From contig NC_135914.1 of the NCBI RefSeq assembly GCF_964194155.1, forward strand, positions 1,860,001 through 1,924,000: 64,000 nt of DNA. The letters run 5' to 3'. The notes beneath the pieces were generated by a model that searched no databases, was not told the origin of the DNA, and saw nothing but the letters and a program-made list of their open reading frames with translations. The stretch is from Cetorhinus maximus (Eukaryota). Positions 1 to 10,600 of this stretch are shown piece by piece; within the stretch, counting starts at the first letter, position 1; the number at the start of each line of letters is the position of its first letter. Both the position numbers and the translations under genes were made by a program.

Positions 1-820
1 ACCTCGATCAGGCCGCCCCTCAGTCTTCTGAGTTCCAACGAAAACAACCCAAGTCTAACCAACCTCTCATCATAACTTAAATATTTCATCCCGGACAACA
101 TCCTGGTGAATCTCCTCTGCACCCCCTTCAGTGCAATCACATCCTTCCTATAATGTGGCGGCCAGAACTGCACACAGTACTCCAGCTGTGCCCTCACCAA
201 GGTTCTATACAACTCCAACATGATCTCCCGACTTTTGTAATTTATGCCTCGATTGATAAAGGAAAGTGTCCCATGTGCATTTTTAACCAGCCCACTATGA
301 TGCCCCAACCGCCTTCAGAGATCTATGGACACACATGCCAAGGTCCGTTCATTCCTCAGAACTTCTTAGTGTCATGCCGTTCATTGAATGCTTCCATGTC
401 AAATTAGTCCTTCCATAGGGATAAATCCCATCTGTCATTTATCTGCCCATTGGACCATCCCGTCTATATCTTCCTGTATCCCAAGACAGTCAACCGCACT
501 GTTAACCACCCGGCCAATCTTTGTGCCATCCGCAAACTAACTAATCCTACCCCCCACATTATCACCTATGTCGTTGATAAATATGACGAATAATAGGGAA
601 CCCAGCACAGATCCCTGTGGTACGTGACTGGACACTGGCTTCCAGTCACAAAAACATCCTTCTCCCATCACCCTCTGTCTCCCAAAACTAAGACAATTTT
701 TAATCCACCTAATCAAATTACCCTGTACCCCATGGATATTTGCCTTCTTTATAATTCTCTCATGTGGATACTTGTTAAAGGCTTTGCTGAAATCCATATA
801 AACTACATCAACTGCTCTAC
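1..820 (-). mobile_element. CR1-type LINE ORF2 (reverse transcriptase) fragment
   Basis: ORF 537-797 MDFSKAF..VPQGSVLG.LLFVIFIND; degenerate. Confidence 0.85.
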
Positions 821-821
821 A

Positions 822-2124
822 CTTACGACTTCAACCAATGTTATTCACTGAGCAAGTGAAATCTCAGAGGGGCGTTTTTCTTACTGATTGGATTTTTTTT
901 TTTTCAATTTTGAAAACGAGGGAAAACCTTGATGATTCTTGGATCAAGAAAAAAAAAACTTACCACACAAAATAAAAAATATATGGCTGAAGCACTCTTA
1001 CAAGGTATTCCTCCAAAGAAGAAGCATTTTCAGAGCTCACAAGTAAACTATTTGGCAATAGCTCTTTTATGGAGTTTTAACTGTAAAAAGCCATCAATCT
1101 TACCGAAGGAAAAAATTGCTTCTGTTTTAGTAAAATATATGACGCTCCCTCCCACTCTCTTCCAGTCTGATCTGGAAATTCGAAGGGAGTTCAGATACAG
1201 ACTTCTCCCTGAAAGCAAAGACTTTTCCGGTTTGAAATCGGATGGCAGCTTCAAATTCTCAATTCTTCTAAGCACAAAGATGGTCTCAGGATATCTCCCC
1301 CACAGAGCTATTTCAACTCAACTAAGCATTGCCTTTGAATATCTTCCCCCCGCCCCCTTTCATCCTGGCCTCCATTGATCTAAGCACCTCTTTGAACTCA
1401 GTTTTTCCAAAATATAAAAATCCTTCATGTCATCCTATTACCTCAACTTTCGGCCAAATATCAATAAATAACCTCCCCTTGTTTACTTATGAAGTATTTG
1501 TAAATGGTAAAAGTTCTTAAATTCCTTTGAAATATAGCAGCTTAAAGGACAAGCTCTTACCTATCACCTCATGCAAATTTAAAAAGCCCATCACATTTAC
1601 TTATACTCGCAGCTTCACCATACCCTCTCGTTACAAATGATTGGATCCAGATCTTTCATCTCATTTCTCACAGACAATCTGCCTTTACTAACTTCCCCCG
1701 TTTAATTACCCATGAAGACACACACACACACACACAACGTTCTTTATAGAATACCATGATCTTCACAAAAATATATAAAAACATCATCCACCTTCACGTA
1801 GAAAAATCGACCCATTCACCTTGTTTCCCTTTCATTCATTACACCTACAGCACAAAAGGTATGGAATATCAGCTTCAGCAACGTTCTGAGGGAGAGAGAT
1901 CCAGATTTTCACTCCATCTTCCACAGTACCTTTTATTCCAAAACATACTACACTCAAGGTAAATCTCTGACTCAAGGTAAATCTCTGACATGTAGGTTCA
2001 AATGTGAACACAAATGAAAATATACTGTGTAAAAGTGAAATGGAACCATCACAAGTTTCCTGAATCACTGCCCGTGTCCCTCTCCTGCTTTGTTCCGATT
2101 CAGTAAATGATAGAACACGTCACA
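822..2124 (-). mobile_element. Putative solo LTR (second copy about 42753-44018)
   Basis: About 1.3 kb non-coding block. TGTTACGA marks the left end in the 42753 copy and CGTCACA the right end here (TG..CA termini). Family not determined. Confidence 0.4.
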
Positions 2125-2614
2125 CGTCAAAGACCCCCCACCACTAACAGCATCCCAATCCAGGACTGATATTGTCAACTCAGCAGAAATTGCAGTTTTA
2201 CCCAGGTGACATTTAATTATAATTTAATCACTAATCAATACAAACATCTGATGCATCGTTATAATCGAAAAATAATTTATTTTATTTACATACAGACATT
2301 TGCCAAGAAATGACTACCCTGACAGAAAATTGAGTTGCTGAATCAGCACAAAAAGTCCAGATAAACTAAGGAAAGTCCCGAGTCTTTGTTCAATGTTTCC
2401 TACACACTTGAGTTGCACGATAACGATGGGATATCCTTAACAATATTCAAAACAACTTCTACATTTAGCAAATTGAGCCAGCCTTTGAAGCTTTGGACAG
2501 TGAACGGGGAAAGATAATTGTCTCTTTGGCTCCAGGTTTATGTCCACTAGGCTGTGTGTTATTTGGCAAATCCTGTCACCTCCATAATTCATCAGAGAGA
2601 AACAGACCGGATTC

Positions 2615-3695
2615 TCATCTGCGACCTTCCTTCTTTTTTTGCCTTTTATCCAATGCAGCCAAGTCTAGTGAGGCATAGAGATGTCCGCCTTGAGTCTGGG
2701 AGAGATTTTAAACATCAACAGCGAAAAGTAGTTTAAAGATAGGTAAGATTGCCCACTCTCGCAACCGCGTTTCATAGAATCATTGACTGATACAACACAG
2801 AAAGAAGTAATTCCACCCATTGTGTCAGTGCCAGCCCTATGAAAGAGCTATGCAATTAGTCCCATTGTACCTTTCTCTTTCACCGTATCGCTGTCATTAT
2901 TTCCACCTTCCACTATTATTGTAATTCTTTCTTGAAAGTTGCTACTGAATCGGTTCCTATTGCCCTCTTTCCCAATTTGAGGAAAGTTTTGCTCCATTTG
3001 TATGCACAAGAATCGTCTGAATTGATGTTTTCTAACAGAGCTGCAGAATTCGCAAAGAAACTGGAAATAACCAAAGTTTAAACAGAAAACTGGGGTGATG
3101 AGTCTATCAATTTGATTGAATTCCTTTGTTGTTAATTGGCCAACCCGATTATTGTGTTTCGCCATGTGCCATCTACACAATTGAGTAGAGTCCACTAAAT
3201 TGATCACATTTAGAAGAATGGAACAAACACAATCAAAAGGCTTGTGTTTATATAGCGCCTGTCACGCACTGAAGAAGCCCCAGCACATTTAGGTCCACTT
3301 CTTTGAAGTGTAGTCTCTGTTCTTGTTGCAACGCGGCTGTGAGTTTACGCACAGTGAGATCTCATAAACAGCAATGAATTAATGACGTAGATAATTTATT
3401 TTTAAGGTGCGGGTTGAGAGATAAATTATGAAACGGGAAACCAGAGAGAACCCCCCCCCCCCACAACACACACCGCAACCCCGATCCCCCAACGCCCCAC
3501 CACTGGTCGTCTTGCAATAATGGATGTACCATCTTTCATGCCGACTTGAGAGGGCTGTCAGGGCCTTGGTTTAACGATTCATTTGGATTCGGCACCTCGG
3601 ACAGTGCAGCACTCGCTCCAAAGGTTCAGTCTAGACCTTCTTCCTAAGTCTCTGGACACACGCACACACACAAATACACACACGCACTTGCACAT

Positions 3696-3734
<39 letters not shown>

Positions 3735-6700
3735 AACACACACGCACACACACACTTTCTCCCCAATCTGACTCCTTCGCAGTCCACTTCCAACAGAAGC
3801 AGATTTAGATTTATCTATAAAAACTCGCCTGCGTTTAGTCTGACCTTCATTCTAATTCCATTGGCTAATGTGTTTACTAAATTGGTTAGGTCGGAGGAGG
3901 GGAAAAGGTGTTCACCGAGGGAAGGGGATTAGACTCGCTGTAGAGATAAAAGAAAATACCACAATTCTAAAATATGAACTGCTGAAAATGCGCCGTTAAA
4001 CCTGACGGAGACATTCCACCTGGAAAATGGTCCTATCCTTTCTGTTGTCAGATGGGGAGAGGGAATGGGGAATATTTTTTGATTCCAGTTCGAGGGACGA
4101 GTGGCATTATATACAAATTCAGATGCTCTGGACTATGACCTACCCTGTGATAAACGCGTGAAATATCTGGCATGGGAAGCCTTGCACCTTATCCCAAAAA
4201 GGTTTTTGTATGTTATTACAACAATTTCATAACAACTCACCTGTACTGCATCCCGACGTGTCCGCTTTCCATCTCTTTGACGGTGGTCATCTGTGTTATT
4301 AATGGTTGAGATAGGAATTGAAATGTTATCCCAGTCTGGCTCATTCATAGTTATTACAGATACGTCATTCGCCAATGATACAGCAATACACCAATGGCTC
4401 CAGTAAGCCCATTTGTGAGCCTGTTCATAGAATGTCTCCCAACACGCGAAAGTTCCGTCAAAACTTCAGTGAAGTGAAAATTGCCAATGGATGGACAAGC
4501 ACTCTCCACCCACATTGCCTGGCGTCTATTGTCCTTCTGGTAAACTACGGCAACTATTAATAACCAGGAATTGGCATTTTATATGGAAACCAGAGACAGC
4601 AGAGTGATTGAGAACATTATTGATGGCGGGAAATGCTTACCTGTTTGTCGCTCATTCTGTCCCTCACTTTGCCTTCTCTCTCTCAAGCTGAAACTGGATG
4701 CGAAGAGAATTATCAAACACGTGTTATGTTTTATGAATACTGACGGAGGTGCCAGAAATAGGCGAGAAGAGAATGTCAAGTGGTTTTAGAATCAATCTTA
4801 AATGCTCACGGAAAATGGCTGCATATATCATTGGAAGCATTTTGGGGTTGAACTGGGCTAGGTCCAGTGTTAAATATAGAGCCTGGGTTCGGGATGAACT
4901 TTTCAAATGGTTCAGTTACTCACGTTTCATTGTGGGACCTCTTGCCTGGCTCTCCTGAAAGCAGAAAGTAAATTATCAATTTAAAACTCGGAGAGGGGAA
5001 TCATTTGAGACAATCAATTATTAAAATATCACTGATAAATATTAATGCTCACCTGATCCGCCGCTTTTACAAATCCAAATGGAAATAAGGACCAGAAGTA
5101 GAACCAGTATCACCAGGACAGTTATGATAACAGGAAGGGCCTGCATGCACCATCCTACAGAGACAAAATACTTAGAAACTGCTACGCCATCAAATCAACC
5201 TTTTCTGTAACACTCTGATGGGAAACCTGCCCCAAAATTAAGCGCAGAAGCAGTCCATTTGGATCATCGTGCCAGTGCAGGCTCTTTGCGAGCGGTCACT
5301 AATTAGTCATATTCTCCCTGCCCTGTCCCCCATACGCCTGAAAGTGTCTTTCCATCAGCTATTTATCCAATTCCCCTTTTGAAAGTTCATATTGAATCTG
5401 CTTCCAACGCCCTTTCGTGGGGCGTTCTCCAGGACCATTCGCTGTGTTAAAAGAGAATTCCCCCCATCTCCCCTGCTGGTTCCTTTGCTGATGATCTTCA
5501 ATCTGTGTCCCTCTGGTTACCGACCCTCCAGCCACTGGAAACCGTTTCTCCATGTTCACCCTGTCGAAAACTCTCATGATTTTGAACGCCTCGATTAAGT
5601 CTCCCCCTCAACCCTTTCTGCTCTATGGAGAACATTACCAGATTCTATATTCTCTCCACATTTACTGAAGTCCCTCATCCCTGGTCCAATTCTGGTAAAT
5701 CTCCTCTACCCTCCCCAAAACATCTTTGGCTGTTTTCTGCTTGTAAAGTGCATCCAGTTTGGAACTGACCTCAATTTCATTCCAACATCCACTGCCTAAA
5801 CAGGAGGGCGGATGTAGATTCAATGTTAACTTTCGGAAGAGTAATCAGATTCTAACTTGAAGAGGAAAATGTGGAAGTGTTGTGAGGAAAGGGTGGATCC
5901 AATGGGTTAACGCTTACAAAGAGATAGCACAGGCACGATGGGCCGTAATCGTTCTTTCTGCATCTATCGTTCAAGGATTCGACGATGTGACGGAGAAATA
6001 TAAGGCAAGTCCAGAAACTGTTTAAAAGGACAACTCTACACCTGGGCCTAAGGTAACCCAAACTTATTTTTATCATATTTAGAATATCTATATTTATAGC
6101 TTACTTTACAGCTGCAGGTTCCAACAATAACTTAATTCCTCCAATCGACTCTAAAGTCGCATAAAACATTGAACAGATCGCCTACTGACCTTCCCCTGAC
6201 TCTGCTGCTTTGGAGAAAGGCAATCTCTTTGTCCAATATTTGCCTGGAGACCCCAGTTGAACAATACAGGCACAGACACCGCCGCTTCTCCAGCTTTCCC
6301 TCGACACTGTGACATGACTTCTGACACTGTAGGTCCCGTCCGCTTCCATTGTACCGGGATCTCTCGGTCCCTCGGTGACCAGTCCGGAAATATTCCAGAA
6401 AATAACCATCTGGTTGGAAGAAACTCCACTGACCAAACACACTAAGGGGACGGTTTCACTCAAATGCAGCTCACCCGGCGGGACAAACAACAGCACAGCC
6501 GTCTTGTTGGTGGAACTGTCTGGACAGAGATTGGGACACATTTAACGATTCATTTGCTGATAATGCTGTGCATGATCTGAATTAATTTCATTTGCTCTCT
6601 TACCTCCAACCAGCAGTGTTGGTCCATTCTGGAGCGGCGCATTGCTACTCCTATGAGCACTGTAATAGGAACCCCAGTCATTTTTCTCGACATTGCGAAT

Positions 6701-7274
6701 TTGCAGAATCAAGTGATGTTTGTTGTTGCCTTCTTTGGAAATAAACTTACAAATGCCCCAGTGACAAGACTGGGTGTCTATTAGTATCGGGGCTTCACCC
6801 ACACGTTGTTTGTACCAGAAATAGAGAGACACCGATTCCACTTCGTAAATGTAATGAGAGGTTAATTCCACCTTCTCTCCGACTTCAGCTGTCACTATGA
6901 AGGGGCCCGGAGACAGAGAAAGCTCGGATTCTGTAACTAGATAGATTATTGTTACATCACTATCGCTTATTGGGAGATTGTAAGCAGCCACTATGAAAGA
7001 CTTCGCCTGTAATTTTAAAATAGTCACATCATTGCCTTTAATTATTGGTGTTTACATTAATTCTGTAATTTGATTCCTTCGCTTTCTCGGAGGAACGACT
7101 AAATAAAATCACAGGATCAGGTCAACTCGCTGCACCTGGCCACTGGGTCATATTTTCAGCTTAGGAAACACTGATTCTGGCTGATTTCACTTTAAAATTC
7201 TCACCCGCCTCTTACTCACCATTAAGCCGCAGCATTTGGAAAATTAATATCAGAGATAAAGATCCCTTAGACAT
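2615..7274 (-). CDS. Gene A1: non-rearranging V(J)-C1 Ig-superfamily type I membrane receptor with ITIM-like YASL tail, 340 aa
   Basis: Eight GT-AG exons in consistent phase, 1023 nt in total. Leader 7274-7220 (MSKGSLSLILIFQMLRLN); V 6930-6604; C1 6519-6190 (VPLVCLVSG..W..DGTYSVRS..W..CACIVQ); TM 5154-5053 (GWCMQALPVIITVLVILVLLLVLISIWICK); cytoplasmic 4954-4924, 4687-4641, 4290-4241 and 2695-2615 (TQGGHLYASLDLAALDKRQKKKEGRR*). Exon sizes are identical in paralog A3. AATAAA on the minus strand at about 2276-2286. Confidence 0.85.
3240..3655 (-). mobile_element. SINE (shark Deu-domain-like); related copies at about 12190-12620, 45020-45160 and 58575-58880
   Basis: Recurrent TTTGAAGTGTAGTC..GCACAG(C/T)..GATC.C..AAACAGCAATGA..CAGTGCAGCACTC text. 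Family assignment is from recall only. Confidence 0.5.
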
Positions 7275-7289
7275 CTTGATGCGATGAGT

Positions 7290-7520
7290 TCTCCCTGTTT
7301 TCATACTCACCAGTTTGTTTGTGCAGGCGGAGTGGCCGCAGACTGACCTGAGGTCACCCCCAGTCAGTTGCTCCCCTTTCAGATGCGGTGGAAATTATGA
7401 CGAGTTCTGCTATGGAAAATATGACACCATTTTGGGTGCAGTGTCTTGGCGAATGTCACATGCGTTTGACTGACTGTGGTCACTGCCTGTGCGTCACAGT
7501 GGTCAAGTGGCAGCATGTCT
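7290..7520 (-). promoter_or_regulatory. Type-A proximal promoter
   Basis: Block immediately upstream of the ATG, conserved in all three A copies (also about 24930-25130 and 48770-48980). In this copy it contains RUNX-type TGCGGT/TGTGGT, E-box CACATG and CRE-like TGACG/TGCGTCA elements. Function is inferred. Confidence 0.55.
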
Positions 7521-8064
7521 TTCAAGAACTCTACTGGGTTCTCGCTTAGAGGGGGGTGACAGGATAATAATTGTATAGGCGTACTCTCAATATTGCAGTT
7601 AAAGTTTAATTGAATTTAACCACCCCCAATTGTTATTGAGAAGGTGGCGGTGACCCAGTTTTAAGAACCTCCGTCAAATCGCTCCTCAGTCTTTTCTTTA
7701 GAGAAAAGGGACCTAGCCGAATCAGTTATTCCTGTTAGCTATAACCTTTCAGCTCTGGTATTAGCCTTGTAAATCTGTCTTCCACCGCCTGCAGTGCATC
7801 AATATTGCTTTTATAAAATTGAGTCCAGGAATGTGCACATTTTGACTAAATGTGGCCTGAACAAGTTTCTATAGACGAACATGTCTTCTTTGTTTTTCAC
7901 TTATGTTTGTCTGCAAATAAGCACCGTACTGATTTGTATTGTTCCAGTTAAGATCACAGGCAATTGCATCAGTGAGAACTTCCAATATACTGACTCACAG
8001 GGCGAATGAACCGTTCGTTTAATCCGCGTCAGAAACAGACCAGGACCTGAGGGCAAGATAAAGG

Positions 8065-8225
8065 AAAATTTCTGCGGATGTTGGAAATCTGAAATTAAAA
8101 CAGAAAATGCTGGTAAATTTCTGCAGGAATCTCTGAAGAAGAGCCATAAGTACTCCAAACGTTAAATCTGTTTCTGTTCCAGACTTGCTGAGTTTTCCCA
8201 GCATTTTCTATTTTTATTTCAGAAC
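8065..8225. mobile_element. Short inverted-repeat element (Penelope-derived type); related copies at about 22880-23010, 49520-49735 and 59365-59495
   Basis: TCTGAAATTAAAACAGAAAATGCTGG ... CCAGCATTTTCTATTTTTATTTCAGA inverted arms, with an internal degenerate CTGA(A/T)GA..GAAACGTT motif. Confidence 0.55.
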
Positions 8226-9177
8226 CTGAGGTCTCTGTTTTCCGGGTTTGGATTTAGGTCCTGAACGGGGATCACACTCCCACATTGTGCTGTTGAGTGA
8301 GCGGCGTCACTGCAAAAAACCCGGGCAGAACCGGCTCACGTAGCCCAGCGGCAATAACAGTGGACATGATTTTTTAAAAGCGCAGATTTTACGAAAGAAC
8401 CGCGTTCGGGTTTAAAGGAAACTAATTCTCAGAGGGGAATCAGCACGAGCCGGACACACACAATCTCCGGGAATCGGTAATGAGAAAATTCTTTACGTTA
8501 GCGAAACTGAGGGGCAGTGGGTGCAAGGTTTATAAGAATCTGATATCAATAGAAACTTCCATTATCATTTGCTGAAGGCAAGAGTCCGCTAATTTATTTG
8601 AACCCGCTCATGGGATTTGACGGTCGCGGGCTAGGCCAGTGTTTATTGCCATTCCGCATTGCCCCCTGAGAAGGTGGTGAGCCGCTTTCTTAAAAAGCTG
8701 CAGTCCCTGTGGTATAGATACACCCACAGTGCTCAGGGAGGGAGTTCCAGGATTTTGACCTAGAGACAGTGAAGGAACAGCAATAAAGCTCCGAGTCAGG
8801 ATGGTGTTTGTCTTGCGGGGTAATTGGAGTTGGTAGTGTCAGATGCCCCCTCTGTCCTTGTCTTTCTAGGTGGTGTCAGCCTTGGCGATTGGTTCCAATG
8901 CTGCCTGTGTATAGATAGTACAAACTGCAAACTCTCTGAGCCTCTAATGAAGCGAATGCATCAATTGTTAATTATTATCGGGATCAGTTATTTTTTTTAA
9001 ATACCGGGAATCGCAGATAAACAGTGACCCGGTGCCAGGTCGATGTGGACACTGTACATGAGATGAATGTACACCAGCCTGTTCTCTGTTCAGCTGAATC
9101 TACCCTGGACGACAAAGCTTCTTCAGTCTGCGGTTTAACATTGAGTCAAATGCAGGCGGTTCTGTGCATGAAGCGCC

Positions 9178-9462
9178 TCAACTGTAAAAACAGGAAAACC
9201 ACCGAGAGCTTCTGGATCGAACATCATCTTCCATTTCAAGCGAAAAGCGGTCAGAATCTCGGCAAGCGGTTTACGCCAATCGTTGTGCTTTGCACAGCCC
9301 CCGAATGGGCTGTGAGCGAGGCGTCTTTCTGAGACTCGCAGTAAACAGCCGCGGTCACTGCCAATGCGCCTCTTTGCTGCCCAGCCCCGCTCTCTGTTGC
9401 AAGGTTCACTGACCCACTTCTTTGTTATTGAAGGTCAAGCATTTCTGCAGAACAGTTCAGAC
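9178..9462 (+). promoter_or_regulatory. Orphan B-type promoter and leader-like exon (ATG 9364, MRLFAAQPRSLLQ G|gt)
   Basis: 9178-9233 aligns with the B1 promoter at 27123-27180, and the ATG lies at a similar spacing. 9287-9462 is nearly identical to 51031-51206. Confidence 0.5.
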
Positions 9463-9699
9463 ACTCAGTAAGGAACAACACTGTCTGCTCATTTCAGAAC
9501 TCATTCTAAAAGTAATTCATTCTACCAGGTTAGTCACATTAAGGTAAACGTTTCTCCCTCTTCACACCCAGTTTCCGCCCGTCAGCATTCTCCTGAAGGT
9601 TCCTTGACATGGGTTCCTGTGGAGTCTTGCAGAGAATTTGCAGCACGGATTTGCTGCTTTTACTTTATAATTGGCTCAAGTTTGCCATGATGGAGACCC

Positions 9700-10600
9700 A
9701 TAAAATAATCATTTGACCCAGCAGCAGTTTTTAAGTAATTTGTCTCCGTTGGGGTTGAGCCTTTTGATCCTTTACCACAACTGTCACCATTATCCAGGGT
9801 CTCGTCTTCGTCTTGATTCGTATGTGGATTCATTAAAGCGGCAGGTCTGGTGAGTATTGGTGTTTAACCGGGACTACTCAATAAGCGTGTGTTAATATGC
9901 TCGCTTTTAAATACTGATTTCAGTTTCTCGTTTCAGAAAACTCAATGAATATATCCCAAAAGGAAAAGCGTCTAACATTTTGTCAAATTCATCACTAACA
10001 ATCCCGCTGTCTTCATCACTGTGTCAAACCAATTCAACCCAAACGCGCATTCCAATTGTATAGATATTTTAATATTTTCCAAGTTCTTTTCAGATTGATT
10101 CTGAGACCCATGAACATTTCCCATCTAAATATGTATTTCAAGTGACCAAAGACTAAAAGATCTTCAGCAACAGGAGCAGGGGTAGACCCTCGATCCTGCT
10201 CCGCCATTGAAGACGATCTTGGCTAATCTGGTTGTGGCCTCAAGTGCACTTTGCTGCACATAACTCAAGGCTCCCTTGTCAATCAAAAATCTGCCCAACT
10301 CAGCCTTAAATATATTGAATGGCGAAGCCTCCAGTGCTCCCTGGGGAGGGAAATTCCAAAAAATCTAACCACCAACCGAGAGAAGAACTTCCTCCGCATC
10401 TCCGTCTTAAAAGGGAAATCACATATTGTGAAACTGTGTCCCTATTTCTACTTACGTCCACGAGTCGAAACACCCCTTCAGCAGTTACCCTGTAAACCCC
10501 TTCAGTATCTTATATGTTTCAATAAGTTCACCTCTCATTCTTATATTTACAACCAGAAGTGCGTGTTTGATATTTTTTGTCTGTGTGTAGTTTGAGTTTG
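9700..10600 (+). pseudogene. Inverted, decayed type-A-like TM exon and downstream intron remnants
   Basis: About 9752-9849 matches the A TM exon (TGGATTCATTAAAGCGGCAGGTCTG|gtgagt versus TGGATTTGTAAAAGCGGCGGATCAG|gtgagc), with an in-frame TAA and a mutated acceptor. 10030-10110 and 10560-10600 match the reverse complement of A1 introns. Confidence 0.7.

Noticed and set aside
929-1378. 149-aa ORF and the similar ORF at 43007-43336 as a conserved gene
   Set aside because: Both lie in the duplicated LTR-like element, their starts and ends differ, and no domain is recognisable.
6931-7027. N-terminal extensions of the V ORFs in the ORF track (also 48394-48493 and 28244-28340)
   Set aside because: These are intronic. 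Phase-1 acceptors at 6930, 48393 and 28341 fit the leader exons.
9330-9360. Minus-strand AAVYC resembling a V-domain DTAVYYC motif
   Set aside because: No other V-domain hallmarks nearby; better explained as plus-strand promoter/5' UTR.
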